Shown: positions 18,774 through 27,910, counted from the first letter of the stretch. The stretch: DNA of 64,000 nucleotides from Gemmatimonadaceae bacterium (GCA_045803545.1 JBJMOW010000005.1:512001-576000), one strand, 5' to 3'. Notes: generated by a model from the letters alone, not told the origin. Program-made: numbers and translations.

Positions 18774-20119
18774 CGACGCCTCATTAGATGCGGCAGCATC
18801 TCATCCTGCTGGCGAATTGCTGCCCGCGCCCAGCTCACGTACTCCGCCAGCTTGCGCTCGCACGGCGCAAGGTTTTTCGTTAGCTCGCGCAACATAATGC
18901 AAACCTGTTCCGCGGTAACTGTCGGCAGATCAGTGCAGTACGCGGTCAATCCGACATCGCCCATTACTGCGCGTACCTTGCGCTCATGGGAGATCGCGAG
19001 TACCGGCCGCCCGGTATTTATCGCCAGCAGAACTCCGTGAAGACGACTGGAAACGACAATGTCCATTTGGCGGAAAAATGTTAGAAGCGCGTCCGGTGTG
19101 CGGTGCTCGTTGATGGAGCATTTGTCACGGGTCCTGGCGTCGAGCTTACCACGGACATCCACGACGGCTTTCATATCTGCCGGATCGGTGACAAACAGAT
19201 GCACGCGATCACCGCGAACTACGCGGTCAACGACAATCGCGGCCCACAAGTCTACGAACCGCTCATATGCACTGGCGTCGGCCGTTGGCCAGTTACCCGG
19301 CCGCAGATATACCATTGGGCTGATCGCGACATCGTAGCCCGGCCTTTTTCGTGGAAAGGGCGGCGCCGGCTTCAGCCCAAACGCCAGATCCGGAATTATC
19401 GGGAGATCCTTCGAGATCCCCAGCTGCGTCGTGAGGGAACGGGAACCGGCGTCGCGAACGGAGCAGTATTTCGATTGGCGGATCGCGTAGCGCAACAGCC
19501 ACCGACTCAGTTTGCCGCGCGCCGACCCGTAGCCAACGCTGAGAAAAGCGAAGGGCACCCCGGCGCGTCGCGCCAACCACGCCCATCGTGCCAAGGCATA
19601 CGGCTGACCCATCGCACCGCCCCACGCCGCATCGAGCTGCCCGCCGCCGGCCGCCAACAGAAGATCCGCGTCCTTGAGAAAGCTCCAAGCTGTGCGCATG
19701 GACATCGTTTCGAAAACCGTCGATGCGGTCAAATCCGCTACGGTCTTCATGATGCTGTTAGCAATAGGCACGCGTCGAACACGACGGGCTAACCCTCTCG
19801 CCGCTCGCACCGCAAACGGTCCATCGTCTCGAGCCGATAAAAACATCGGTCGACTAATGCCGGTGAGATAGTCCGCGGCGACGCCGTGGTTTGCGCGCGT
19901 TCGTTCCGGATTCAGCGTGAAAGCGTGCAGACGCGCATTCGGCCATTGAGCGCGGAGAGTTGCGAACGTCGCCTGAAGAATCGCTTCGTCACCGAGATTG
20001 CCCCAGCCCGATGGGTAAACGACGCCAATTGTTGGGGCTCGTCGCGAGGTTTCACTGATGCTTCTCGGGCCGCAGCTCGCAGCGTCGGCGGCGCGTAATT
20101 CAGTCAGTACGGCTGTCAC
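18770..20119 (-). CDS. Polysaccharide pyruvyl transferase family protein
   Basis: GNLGDEAI, GGGQL, SVRD, PDLAF and SRLHG motifs. Confidence 0.88.
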   Translation of the reverse strand: MTAVLTELRAADAASCGPRSISETSRRAPTIGVVYPSGWGNLGDEAILQATFATLRAQWPNARLHAFTLNPERTRANHGVAADYLTGISRPMFLSARDDGPFAVRAARGLARRVRRVPIANSIMKTVADLTASTVFETMSMRTAWSFLKDADLLLAAGGGQLDAAWGGAMGQPYALARWAWLARRAGVPFAFLSVGYGSARGKLSRWLLRYAIRQSKYCSVRDAGSRSLTTQLGISKDLPIIPDLAFGLKPAPPFPRKRPGYDVAISPMVYLRPGNWPTADASAYERFVDLWAAIVVDRVVRGDRVHLFVTDPADMKAVVDVRGKLDARTRDKCSINEHRTPDALLTFFRQMDIVVSSRLHGVLLAINTGRPVLAISHERKVRAVMGDVGLTAYCTDLPTVTAEQVCIMLRELTKNLAPCERKLAEYVSWARAAIRQQDEMLPHLMRRR

Positions 20120-20133
20120 GCTCGATGGTTCAC

Positions 20134-21495
20134 CTAGTTGAATGGGCGGAACACCGGCTTTACCTGGCGGCCGTTGAGGTAATGAAGCGGTCCCTCGTCC
20201 AACGCGCGTGCGTAGACGCTTGCTGCATAATCAACGACATCAATGGTACGGTCGATGTCGCGCTCGGTGTGCGAGTAGCTGACCACAAATGAAGGCGCCA
20301 GGATTCCGCCGGCGATCAGCTCCTGCATGAACAGAGTTCGATAGGTCTGCGATGGCTGAAGGTCGAGATCTTTGGTTGCGAAAATGAGGTTGCAGCTTTT
20401 TCCGCGAACCTGGAGATAATCGTGAATGCCATGACGTCGAGCTATCTCCTCGAAGCCGTTTCGTAATCTCTCGCCGCGCGAGTACAGAGTATCGATAACA
20501 GGTTCCCGCTGATAAACGCGCATGGTGGCGATCGCCGCGACCAGAGAATGCGTCTCGGCACCATGTGTCGTGGAAAGCAGAAACACTCGCTCTCCAGTAT
20601 GTCGCAGTCCCCCTCGTTCCATGATCTCGCGTTTGCCAGCCAGCGCCGCGACCGCAAATCCGTTCGCGAGCGCCTTGCCAAACGTCGATAAGTCTGGAAT
20701 CACTCCGTGTGTACGTTGCGCGCCCCCCAGGTGCCATCGAAAACCGGTGATCATCTCATCGAAAATGAGCAGAGCGCCAAACTTGTCGCACAGCGCGCGT
20801 ACTTCCTCGAGGAAGCCCGGACGTGGTGCGATTGAGGTTTCCGCTTCGAGGATCACGCAGGCGATGCGACCACGATGGGAGGAGAACAGACTCTCCAAGC
20901 TGGAGATGTCGTTGTAGTTGAACTTGAGCGTAAGTTCTCGTACCGCGCGCGGGATTCCTCCCGGGATTGCCGTCGACCCAATAAACCAGTCGTCGGTGGA
21001 AAGGAATGATTGGTCGCTGCAAATAGCGATATAGTCGCGACCGGTAAACGCGCGAGCGAGTTTAACGGCGGCGGTTGTCGCGTCCGAGCCGTTCTTTGCG
21101 AACTTTACCATTTCTGCGGTGGTCACGCAGTCAAGAAACACTTCAGCAGCTTCGACTTCACGCGCACTCGGTCGCGTAAAGTTCGTTCCGTTTGCCAACT
21201 CGCGTTTTACAGCTTCGATAACCGGGGGAAAGGCGTGCCCGAGACCAACTGAACGCAGACCCATGCCGTATTCGATATACTCGCTGCCATCAAGGTCCCA
21301 GACATGAGACCCACGTCCGTACGCGATGAACGGCGGGGCCAGCTCCGGATACTGATCGTCGCCCTTGGCGTAGGTGTGAGCACCACCCGGGATCAGATCG
21401 TGCGCGCGCTGTTGAAGCGAACGTGCCCACATCGAGACCGGAAGGGTCGGTTGCGAGACGGGTAGCGTTGGTTGCGGCGTGCTGAGAGTCGCCAT
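20134..21495 (-). CDS. Class III PLP aminotransferase (glutamate-1-semialdehyde aminomutase-like), probably sugar-tailoring
   Basis: IPGGAHTYAKG, FAKNGSDATTAA, IFDEMITGFR and TFGKALANG motifs. SD GAGG upstream. First gene of the minus-strand glycan operon. Confidence 0.85.
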   Translation of the reverse strand: MATLSTPQPTLPVSQPTLPVSMWARSLQQRAHDLIPGGAHTYAKGDDQYPELAPPFIAYGRGSHVWDLDGSEYIEYGMGLRSVGLGHAFPPVIEAVKRELANGTNFTRPSAREVEAAEVFLDCVTTAEMVKFAKNGSDATTAAVKLARAFTGRDYIAICSDQSFLSTDDWFIGSTAIPGGIPRAVRELTLKFNYNDISSLESLFSSHRGRIACVILEAETSIAPRPGFLEEVRALCDKFGALLIFDEMITGFRWHLGGAQRTHGVIPDLSTFGKALANGFAVAALAGKREIMERGGLRHTGERVFLLSTTHGAETHSLVAAIATMRVYQREPVIDTLYSRGERLRNGFEEIARRHGIHDYLQVRGKSCNLIFATKDLDLQPSQTYRTLFMQELIAGGILAPSFVVSYSHTERDIDRTIDVVDYAASVYARALDEGPLHYLNGRQVKPVFRPFN

Positions 21496-21567
21496 CGATA
21501 TCCTCTTGGACGGCCTTAGTGGGCGGTTGGTGCTTGCTGGGTTGAGCTGTGCTCGCCGCGACTGAAG

Positions 21568-21582
21568 GCAATCGTGAGACCA
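21568..21582 (-). promoter_or_regulatory. Candidate sigma54 (-24/-12) promoter for the aminotransferase-wzm/wzt operon
   Basis: Minus strand TGGTCTCACGATTGC fits GG-N10-GC, about 70 nt before the ATG. Confidence 0.3.
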
Positions 21583-21956
21583 CCGTAAACTGTCGCTTTA
21601 ACCGCATCGGCAGGTCGCTGCCAGGCAAATTGTTGCGCGCCGTCGTCCACATGATGCGCGTGTACACAAGGTGCGTCGCAATCGCAGGAGCGTACTGACT
21701 GAACCACGCACGTAAATCCAGAGCCAGTGCCGTATCCTGGTACTTGACCGCGTCTATAGTAGGCCAAGTCTGTCCAACAACGAGCGCAGGCACGTGCGAT
21801 CTACTTACCTCGCACTGTTGCGCGGAGCCGACAGGTCTGGGCTTGCAAGCTACACTGAGACGCTCGCGTTGCCGCGATCTCGCGCTCAAGCGCCGTTGAA
21901 AATGCCGCCGACGCCACCTGAGGCGAATCGGTGAGCGCAAAAACTATGTCTGACTC

Positions 21957-21971
21957 TGGCGAGCGATTTGC
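21957..21971 (+). promoter_or_regulatory. Candidate sigma54 promoter for the C-methyltransferase operon
   Basis: TGGCGAGCGATTTGC fits TGGC-N7-TTGC, about 70 nt before ATG 22043. Confidence 0.4.
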
Positions 21972-22042
21972 CAAAACCGGCCGCAAGGTTTGCTTCACCG
22001 CGCTCGGAAACGTTGTCGTTCACAAGGGAGGCTGTACCACGA

Positions 22043-23335
22043 ATGGCTGTCCTCGACCAAATCCCCCTCCGCTCTGAATTCTCGCCACGCACCGGCCGGC
22101 CGATCTCGGGGAGCTGCCGTTTTTGCGGGACACGCTTTGCCAATCGAGTCGTAGACCTCGGAATGTCTCCACTTTGCGAGAGTTTTATCGGTTATGACCA
22201 ATTGAACCAGATGGAGCGCTTTTACCCACTCCAAGTCTGGGTTTGCCACGAATGCTACCTCGTTCAAATCGAGGAGTATGTGTCAGGCGAAGAGATTTTC
22301 TCGGACTATGCGTACTTCTCTTCATTTTCCGATTCCTGGCTCAATCACGCGAAGAGCTACGTCGAGCAGATGATTGCACAGCTAGAGCTCACACGCCGCA
22401 ATCGCGTCGTCGAGATCGCAAGCAACGATGGCTACCTGTTGCAGTTCTTCGTTCAGCGAGGAATCCCTTCGCTGGGTATCGAACCCGCGGCCAACGTCGC
22501 GAAGGCTGCAGAGGAGAAGGGTGTCCCGACGCTCGTCAGGTTTTTTGGTACTGACCTCGCCAGAGAACTCGCCGCCGCTGGTCAGCAAGCGGACCTGATT
22601 CTGGGCAACAATGTCCTCGCGCAGGTTCCCGATCTCAATGATTTCGTAGCCGGAATAAAAATCCTCCTCGCCCCCTCGGGGGTAGCCACCATCGAGTTCC
22701 CACACCTGCTGCGAACGATCGAGGGCAATCAGTTTGACCAGATCTACCACGAACACTTTTCATACTTTTCGCTTTACGCGGCTGAGCGAATTTTTTCCGC
22801 TCATGGCCTTCCCGTTTTTGATGTCGAGGAGTTGCCGACGCACGGCGGATCCATCCGCATATATGCACGCCATGCGGATGACCACTCAAAGGAAACAACG
22901 CGCCGGCTGATCGAGCTGCGCCGAATCGAGGAAGAGGCGGGCGTTGCCTCAATCGAATATTACGCCGGATTCGAAAAGAAAGTCCACGCGGCGAAGCGGA
23001 AGCTTTTGGAGTTCCTGATCGAAGCAAAGGCATCAGGCAAAAAAGTCGTCGGCTATGGAGCGCCTGGAAAAGGCAACACGTTGCTGAACTTCTGTGGCAT
23101 CAGAACCGACTTCGTGGATTTCACCGTTGACCGCAATCCGCACAAACACGGCAAGTACCTCCCGGGAACACATATACCAATCCTGGCGCCCGAACGGTTG
23201 TGGGATGCGAGGCCGGATTACGTTCTAATTCTTCCGTGGAATCTCAGATCGGAAATCATGTCGCAGCTGGCAGGCATCAGGCAGTGGGGTGGAAAGTTTT
23301 TGGTTCCAATCCCCGAGGTAGCGGTCTTTCCGTGA
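22043..23335 (+). CDS. NDP-hexose C-methyltransferase (SAM-dependent, Zn-finger N-terminus)
   Basis: CRFC...CHEC Zn motif, EIASNDGYLL, FDQIYHEH, GYGAPGKGNTLL and LPWN. Start moved to ATG 22043, which follows GGGAGG. Confidence 0.88.
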   Translation: MAVLDQIPLRSEFSPRTGRPISGSCRFCGTRFANRVVDLGMSPLCESFIGYDQLNQMERFYPLQVWVCHECYLVQIEEYVSGEEIFSDYAYFSSFSDSWLNHAKSYVEQMIAQLELTRRNRVVEIASNDGYLLQFFVQRGIPSLGIEPAANVAKAAEEKGVPTLVRFFGTDLARELAAAGQQADLILGNNVLAQVPDLNDFVAGIKILLAPSGVATIEFPHLLRTIEGNQFDQIYHEHFSYFSLYAAERIFSAHGLPVFDVEELPTHGGSIRIYARHADDHSKETTRRLIELRRIEEEAGVASIEYYAGFEKKVHAAKRKLLEFLIEAKASGKKVVGYGAPGKGNTLLNFCGIRTDFVDFTVDRNPHKHGKYLPGTHIPILAPERLWDARPDYVLILPWNLRSEIMSQLAGIRQWGGKFLVPIPEVAVFP

Positions 23336-23874
23336 TATTCAGGGCAACTCCCCTTTCCGGCGCTTTCGTGGTTCATACAGAACGCCACGAAGACGACCGC
23401 GGGTTTTTTGCACGAACCTGGTGTCGGCGTGAATTCGAGAGAATGGGGCTCAACACCGAACTGAGTCAGTGCAACGTCTCTTATAACCGGCGGCGCGGAA
23501 CGCTGCGCGGGATGCACTGGCAGGCACATCCCTTCGCCGAAGCCAAACTGATTAGATGCACTCGCGGAACGATATGGGACGTCATAATCGATCTCCGTGA
23601 TGATTCTCCGACTTACACGGAGTATTTCGGCGTGCCACTTTCCGCCGAGAACGCCCGTGCGTTGTACGTACCCGAGGGCATGGCGCACGGATTTGTTACG
23701 CTCGAAGATGACTGCGAGGTCTTCTATCAGATGTCGCAGTTTTATGAACCCGCCTCCGCGCGCGGCGTGCGCTGGAATGACCCGGCGTTCTCGATAAAGT
23801 GGCCGATGTCTGACCCAATTCTCCACCCACGCGACGCAGCGTATCCCGATTTCGCCAAACCGAGCCTGGTGTGA
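23332..23874 (+). CDS. rfbC: dTDP-4-dehydrorhamnose 3,5-epimerase family
   Basis: DDRGFFAR, GTLRGMH, LYVPEGMAHGF and GVRWNDP motifs. GTG start overlaps the upstream stop (GTGA). Confidence 0.88.
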   Translation: MIFRATPLSGAFVVHTERHEDDRGFFARTWCRREFERMGLNTELSQCNVSYNRRRGTLRGMHWQAHPFAEAKLIRCTRGTIWDVIIDLRDDSPTYTEYFGVPLSAENARALYVPEGMAHGFVTLEDDCEVFYQMSQFYEPASARGVRWNDPAFSIKWPMSDPILHPRDAAYPDFAKPSLV

Positions 23875-25235
23875 ACACTTCCTACACCATCGACCCCGGT
23901 TGCGGCGAAGGAATGTTTGCGCTGATCGGAGATCTCTACCCGATCTGCCGCAGTATCACTGGTAACGGTGTTCGCGCGACACTACGCGAGCTGCAACGCA
24001 TTCTACCACTATCGATCTTTGAGGTCGACTCCGGCACCCGGGTCTTCGATTGGACTGTTCCGAATGAATGGAATATCGCAGACGCCTGGATAGCCGATGC
24101 GTCGGGCCAACGGGTAGTCGATTTTCGAAAATCGAATTTGCACGTAGTCAGTTACAGCGTCCCGGTGCACGCCCGGATGACGCTCTCGGAATTGCGCTCA
24201 CATTTGCACACTCTTCCGGAACAGCCGGACCTCATCCCCTACCGCACTTCCTACTACAAAGAGGATTGGGGATTCTGTTTGCCGCATCGTGTGTTGGAGC
24301 AGATGACTGACGGCGAATACGAGGTCTGCATCGATAGCACCCTTCGTCCCGGGACCCTGACTTACGGCGAATTGGTCCTGCCAGGATCGACGACTGACGA
24401 GATCCTCATCAGCACGCATGTCTGCCATCCTTCACTCGCAAACGACAACCTGTCTGGGATCGCCGTCTCTGCATTCCTCGCTCGCCACCTCGCCAGCCAG
24501 GAGCGGCATCACACATTCCGCTTCTTGTTCATTCCAGGAACGATCGGGTCGATAACCTGGCTCGCACTGCATCAAGACCACCTACAATCGATTAGACACG
24601 GCTTGGTATTGTCGTGCCTCGGGGATCGTGGACATGTCTCGTACAAGCGTAGCCGACGGAGGACAGCGCTTGTCGATCGCGCCGCGTCGCACGTTCTTGC
24701 TCAGCATGGCCCGCACACAATCAACGACTTTGTGCCCTACGGTTACGACGAGCGACAGTATTGTTCGCCCGGCATCGACCTTCCGGTGGGTTGCCTTACT
24801 CGCACGCCCAACGGTAAGTATCCCCAATACCATACCTCCGCCGACAATCTGGACTTTATCAGCGTCGAATTCTTGAACGACTCGCTCTCGACACTGTTGG
24901 AAATCATCGAAGTCGTCGAGCATAACCGCACTTACGTGACCATGAATCCAATGTGCGAACCCCAGCTCGGCAGGCGCGGCCTCTACAAAAACACGGGCGG
25001 CAGCTCACTGAAGGAGTTCGAGATGAGCCTGCTGTGGGTTCTGAACTTCTCGGACGGTACCCACTCGCTGCTCGACATCGCTGAGAGGGCATCTCTGCCA
25101 TTTGCAGTCGTGCGCAGCGCGGCGGAAGCTCTGGAGAGGGCCCAGTTGCTCCGGCCTCTCAGTCACAGCTTTGCTCATCGCGCGGCGATCGACCGGAGCA
25201 CCGTTCTTAGACCCGCTAAGGTCCGGCGACGGTGA
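23871..25235 (+). CDS. DUF4910 domain protein (M28-like metallo fold plus C-terminal wHTH)
   Basis: PICRSITGNG, DWTVPNEWNI, IPYRTSYY, HPSLANDNLSG, DERQYCSPG, YHTSAD and CEPQLGRRGLY motifs. Confidence 0.82.
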   Translation: MNTSYTIDPGCGEGMFALIGDLYPICRSITGNGVRATLRELQRILPLSIFEVDSGTRVFDWTVPNEWNIADAWIADASGQRVVDFRKSNLHVVSYSVPVHARMTLSELRSHLHTLPEQPDLIPYRTSYYKEDWGFCLPHRVLEQMTDGEYEVCIDSTLRPGTLTYGELVLPGSTTDEILISTHVCHPSLANDNLSGIAVSAFLARHLASQERHHTFRFLFIPGTIGSITWLALHQDHLQSIRHGLVLSCLGDRGHVSYKRSRRRTALVDRAASHVLAQHGPHTINDFVPYGYDERQYCSPGIDLPVGCLTRTPNGKYPQYHTSADNLDFISVEFLNDSLSTLLEIIEVVEHNRTYVTMNPMCEPQLGRRGLYKNTGGSSLKEFEMSLLWVLNFSDGTHSLLDIAERASLPFAVVRSAAEALERAQLLRPLSHSFAHRAAIDRSTVLRPAKVRRR

Positions 25236-25888
25236 AGCCAGTCTCCATACCGCAGTCAACGGAACCTCTGAAGATTCTGTGTCTTGGAGCGCACTCCGAC
25301 GACATCGAGATCGGATGCGGGGCAACCTTGATCGAGCTCGCTGAGAGAAACCCACGCCCGGAGTTTCGCTGGGTGGTTTGGAGCGCGTGTGGAGATCGCG
25401 CGCGCGAAGCGGCGCTCGGCGCGCGCGCCTTTCTCTGGCCATCCTCGGAGGCGGAAGCCGAGTTCCACGGTTTTCGCGATGGCTATTTCCCGAGTCAGTT
25501 CGGCGAAATCAAAGACGCCTTTGAGGTGCTGGCTAGAGACTTTCGACCTGACGTGGTGTTCACCCATTACCGGGACGACCGTCATCAGGACCACCGGGTC
25601 ATCTCCGACCTGACATGGAACACCTTCAGAAATCACGTCATCCTTGAATATGAGATCCCGAAATGGGACGGGGACGTCGGACAGCCGAACTACTACATCC
25701 CGATCTGTCGGGAAATCGCCGAGCGGAAGATCACGTCGCTGATGAAAGTATTCCAGACACAGAGAAGCAAAGATTGGTTCAGTCCGGAAACGTTCACGTC
25801 CATACTTCGCTTGCGCGGAATCGAATCACGCGCCCGAGAGGGCTTTGCTGAAGCCTTCCACGCCAGAAAGCTCGTATCAACGCTTTAG
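25232..25888 (+). CDS. PIG-L family N-acetylhexosamine deacetylase
   Basis: GAHSDDIEIGCG, HQDH and YEIPKWDGD motifs. Confidence 0.88.
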   Translation: MKPVSIPQSTEPLKILCLGAHSDDIEIGCGATLIELAERNPRPEFRWVVWSACGDRAREAALGARAFLWPSSEAEAEFHGFRDGYFPSQFGEIKDAFEVLARDFRPDVVFTHYRDDRHQDHRVISDLTWNTFRNHVILEYEIPKWDGDVGQPNYYIPICREIAERKITSLMKVFQTQRSKDWFSPETFTSILRLRGIESRAREGFAEAFHARKLVSTL

Positions 25889-25889
25889 C

Positions 25890-25935
25890 AAAAACGCTGC
25901 AGGCACCCAGGCGCATTGAGCGCCGGTGCCTGCAG
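25890..25935 (-). terminator. Intrinsic terminator hairpin between convergent genes
   Basis: Stem CTGCAGGCACC..GGCGC-attga-GCGCC-GGTGCCTGCAG with an A5 run on the left, giving a U-tract on the minus strand. Confidence 0.65.
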
Positions 25936-25943
25936 GGTATCGA

Positions 25944-27743
25944 TCAAGGAATTCGAGCGGTCGCTATTCGGATGTTGTCGACCCACATGGACTGATCGAC
26001 GGGCGACCCATCGCCAATGTAGGGGGCGATCAGGAACTGATTGAACTGAAGGCCTGGATGCGCGGCGGTCCGGAAAAGAATGTCGTGGCGGTCAATGATC
26101 AGGGTACCGTTGAACCAGTACTGCATAACGCCATCGGCCTGGCCGACACCGTTCACTATCGTGTTGAGCTGGAAGTACGCCTCGACAAAGTTCCAGTCGT
26201 TTTTGTAGCCTGGTCCTGGATTGGGCTGGAACACCACCGGCCCGCGAAGCTGTTTGTCGTTGTAGTAATTCGAGCCGTCGTCGAAGCATTCAGACGGCAT
26301 GTTGGTTTCTACCATACCATTGCATCCGCCGGTCGATCGATCCTCGGTGACTCCCACCAAGTTGTGCGGTAGCGCGCCGTAGCTGTAATTGATCGACTTG
26401 TTATCCTGCATCGCCAGGCGCGGGATGCCACCATTCTGATAGTTCTGCTCGACGTACAGGACCATCCACCCGAACGACGGACCATCGTAATCGCCGTCGA
26501 GGGTGCTCATGATCTGAAACTCGTGCGGATGGTAGAGATGGTTCGAACCGACCCAGTTTGCACTGTACTTGACGTAGTAGCTCAAATACACCGAGCTCGT
26601 CGCGGCAAATTTGTGGCGCTGTGAGCCGCCAGTTGTAGGCGTTGTCGCGCCAGGGAGGAAGTGATACTGCGCCGACGCAGTGCTACCGGTGATGTGCTCC
26701 GCCGTTGAGATGACCACGCTCGTGTTGTCGTACCAACCACGCGAAGCGAGGCTCGCGTCCTCGAAATTCTCCTGGAAGAGGAGTGTGCCACCCGGCGGGG
26801 GTGGCGGGGGTGGGGGTGGAGGTGCCGCGTTTACCGTGACAGTAGATGTGCCGGACTTGCCGCCGGTGCTCGCAGTGATCGTAGCTGACCCTGCGGCAAC
26901 ACCAGTCACAACGCCCGCTGATGTTACGGTCGCGACGCTTGGCTTGCCGCTCGACCAGGTAATAGTTTGGCCGCTCATGACGTTGCCCTGAGCGTCTTTG
27001 ACAGTCGCGCTGAGTGTCACAGTGGCGCCGATATCGACTTGTGCGCTGGCCGGCGAAACCGTGACCGTCGTGACTACCGGAGGTGGCGGAGGTGCCTGGG
27101 TTACAGTGAGTGATGCCGTTCCCGACTTGCCTGCACACGTTGCCGTTATGGTTGCTGTCCCTGCGGACACGCCACTCGCAACACCGTTTGCGTTCACGGT
27201 TGCAACAGAGAGAGCGCTGCTAGACCATGTGACGGTTTGGCCCGTCATAACAGAGCCCTGCGCATCCTTGACCGTGGCGCTTAACGCGACCGTCGCTCCT
27301 GTTTGCACCGTTGGTGTGGCCGGCGAAACACTTACTGTCGCTACTGTTTGTGGTGGAGGCGATGGCGCCATCACCTTGACGTGTGCAGTTCCACTTTTGC
27401 CTTTCGTGGACGCACTTATCGTCACGTCTCCAGCCGCCACACCTGCAACGATCCCGGTGGCACTCACTGCTGCAAGCGATTGGTCGCTGCTGGACCAAGA
27501 CAAGGTTTGATCGGTCATGACCGTGCCGCTTTGATCCTTGACTTCCGCGGAGAGCGCGGTAGTTGTGCCCACATCTATCGATGTGGTTGAAGGCGTCACG
27601 TTGATCGTTGTTACGACAGGAGTGGGGTCTGGCGTCGGTTCCGTAGTCGTGCCGCCCGCTTCGCCGCAAACCCACAAAATCGGAAGTGCGAACACCCACG
27701 AGCTTCGGACTACGCGACGAGCAATTGCTCTTGTATTTAACAT
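25944..27743 (-). CDS. Probable lipoprotein: 3 Big_2 repeats with poly-Pro linkers and a C-terminal beta-jelly-roll domain resembling polysaccharide-lyase/lectin folds
   Basis: SD GGGAG before ATG 27743. Signal ending ILWV|C (atypical lipobox). Three Big_2 units and a P10 linker. C-terminal LFQENFED...VYLSYYVKY...DGVMQYWFNG...MWVDNIRIA. Confidence 0.75.
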   Translation of the reverse strand: MLNTRAIARRVVRSSWVFALPILWVCGEAGGTTTEPTPDPTPVVTTINVTPSTTSIDVGTTTALSAEVKDQSGTVMTDQTLSWSSSDQSLAAVSATGIVAGVAAGDVTISASTKGKSGTAHVKVMAPSPPPQTVATVSVSPATPTVQTGATVALSATVKDAQGSVMTGQTVTWSSSALSVATVNANGVASGVSAGTATITATCAGKSGTASLTVTQAPPPPPVVTTVTVSPASAQVDIGATVTLSATVKDAQGNVMSGQTITWSSGKPSVATVTSAGVVTGVAAGSATITASTGGKSGTSTVTVNAAPPPPPPPPPPGGTLLFQENFEDASLASRGWYDNTSVVISTAEHITGSTASAQYHFLPGATTPTTGGSQRHKFAATSSVYLSYYVKYSANWVGSNHLYHPHEFQIMSTLDGDYDGPSFGWMVLYVEQNYQNGGIPRLAMQDNKSINYSYGALPHNLVGVTEDRSTGGCNGMVETNMPSECFDDGSNYYNDKQLRGPVVFQPNPGPGYKNDWNFVEAYFQLNTIVNGVGQADGVMQYWFNGTLIIDRHDILFRTAAHPGLQFNQFLIAPYIGDGSPVDQSMWVDNIRIATARIP

Positions 27744-27789
27744 GCGAACTCCCGCATTTCGTTCGTAGTGGTGGCGGAAGTGCCGTGAC

Positions 27790-27809
27790 AACAAAATGCC
27801 GCCGCGGCA
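27790..27809 (-). terminator. Riboswitch expression-platform terminator
   Basis: Minus strand TGCCG-CGG-CGGCA followed by TTTTGTT, between the aptamer and the start codon. Confidence 0.55.
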
Positions 27810-27826
27810 CCGATACCTGTCGGATT

Positions 27827-27910
27827 CGCTGGCGGCTCGGCTGGCGTAGCGTGAGCTTTAGCCCCGTGGCTCTGCGACACCGTCTTTCGACGGCTTTGCT
27901 CTGAGCAGCG
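27827..27910 (-). ncRNA. GEMM-I riboswitch (c-di-GMP-I class) with A at position 20, the c-AMP-GMP-type signature
   Basis: Minus strand CGCUG-CUCAG-A-GCAAA-GCCGUC-GAAA-GACGGU-GUC-GC-AGA-GCCACGG-GGCUAA-AGC-UCAC-GCU-AC-GCC-AG-CCG-AGCCG-C-CAGCG. It contains P1, P2 with GAAA tetraloop, and P3 with a tetraloop receptor and AG bulge. Confidence 0.85.

Noticed and set aside
21433..21474. QPTLPVS duplicated at the aminotransferase N-terminus
   Set aside because: Only two degenerate 21-bp copies in a probably disordered leader, with no evidence of function.
20134..21495. Calling the aminotransferase hemL
   Set aside because: The glycan-operon context and absence of hem genes point to a paralogous sugar-related enzyme, so no symbol was assigned.
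21290..21998. Minus-strand ORFs (216, 83 and 65 aa) in the divergent spacer
   Set aside because: No motifs or clear RBS, and one overlaps the aminotransferase gene. The region is better explained as promoter DNA.
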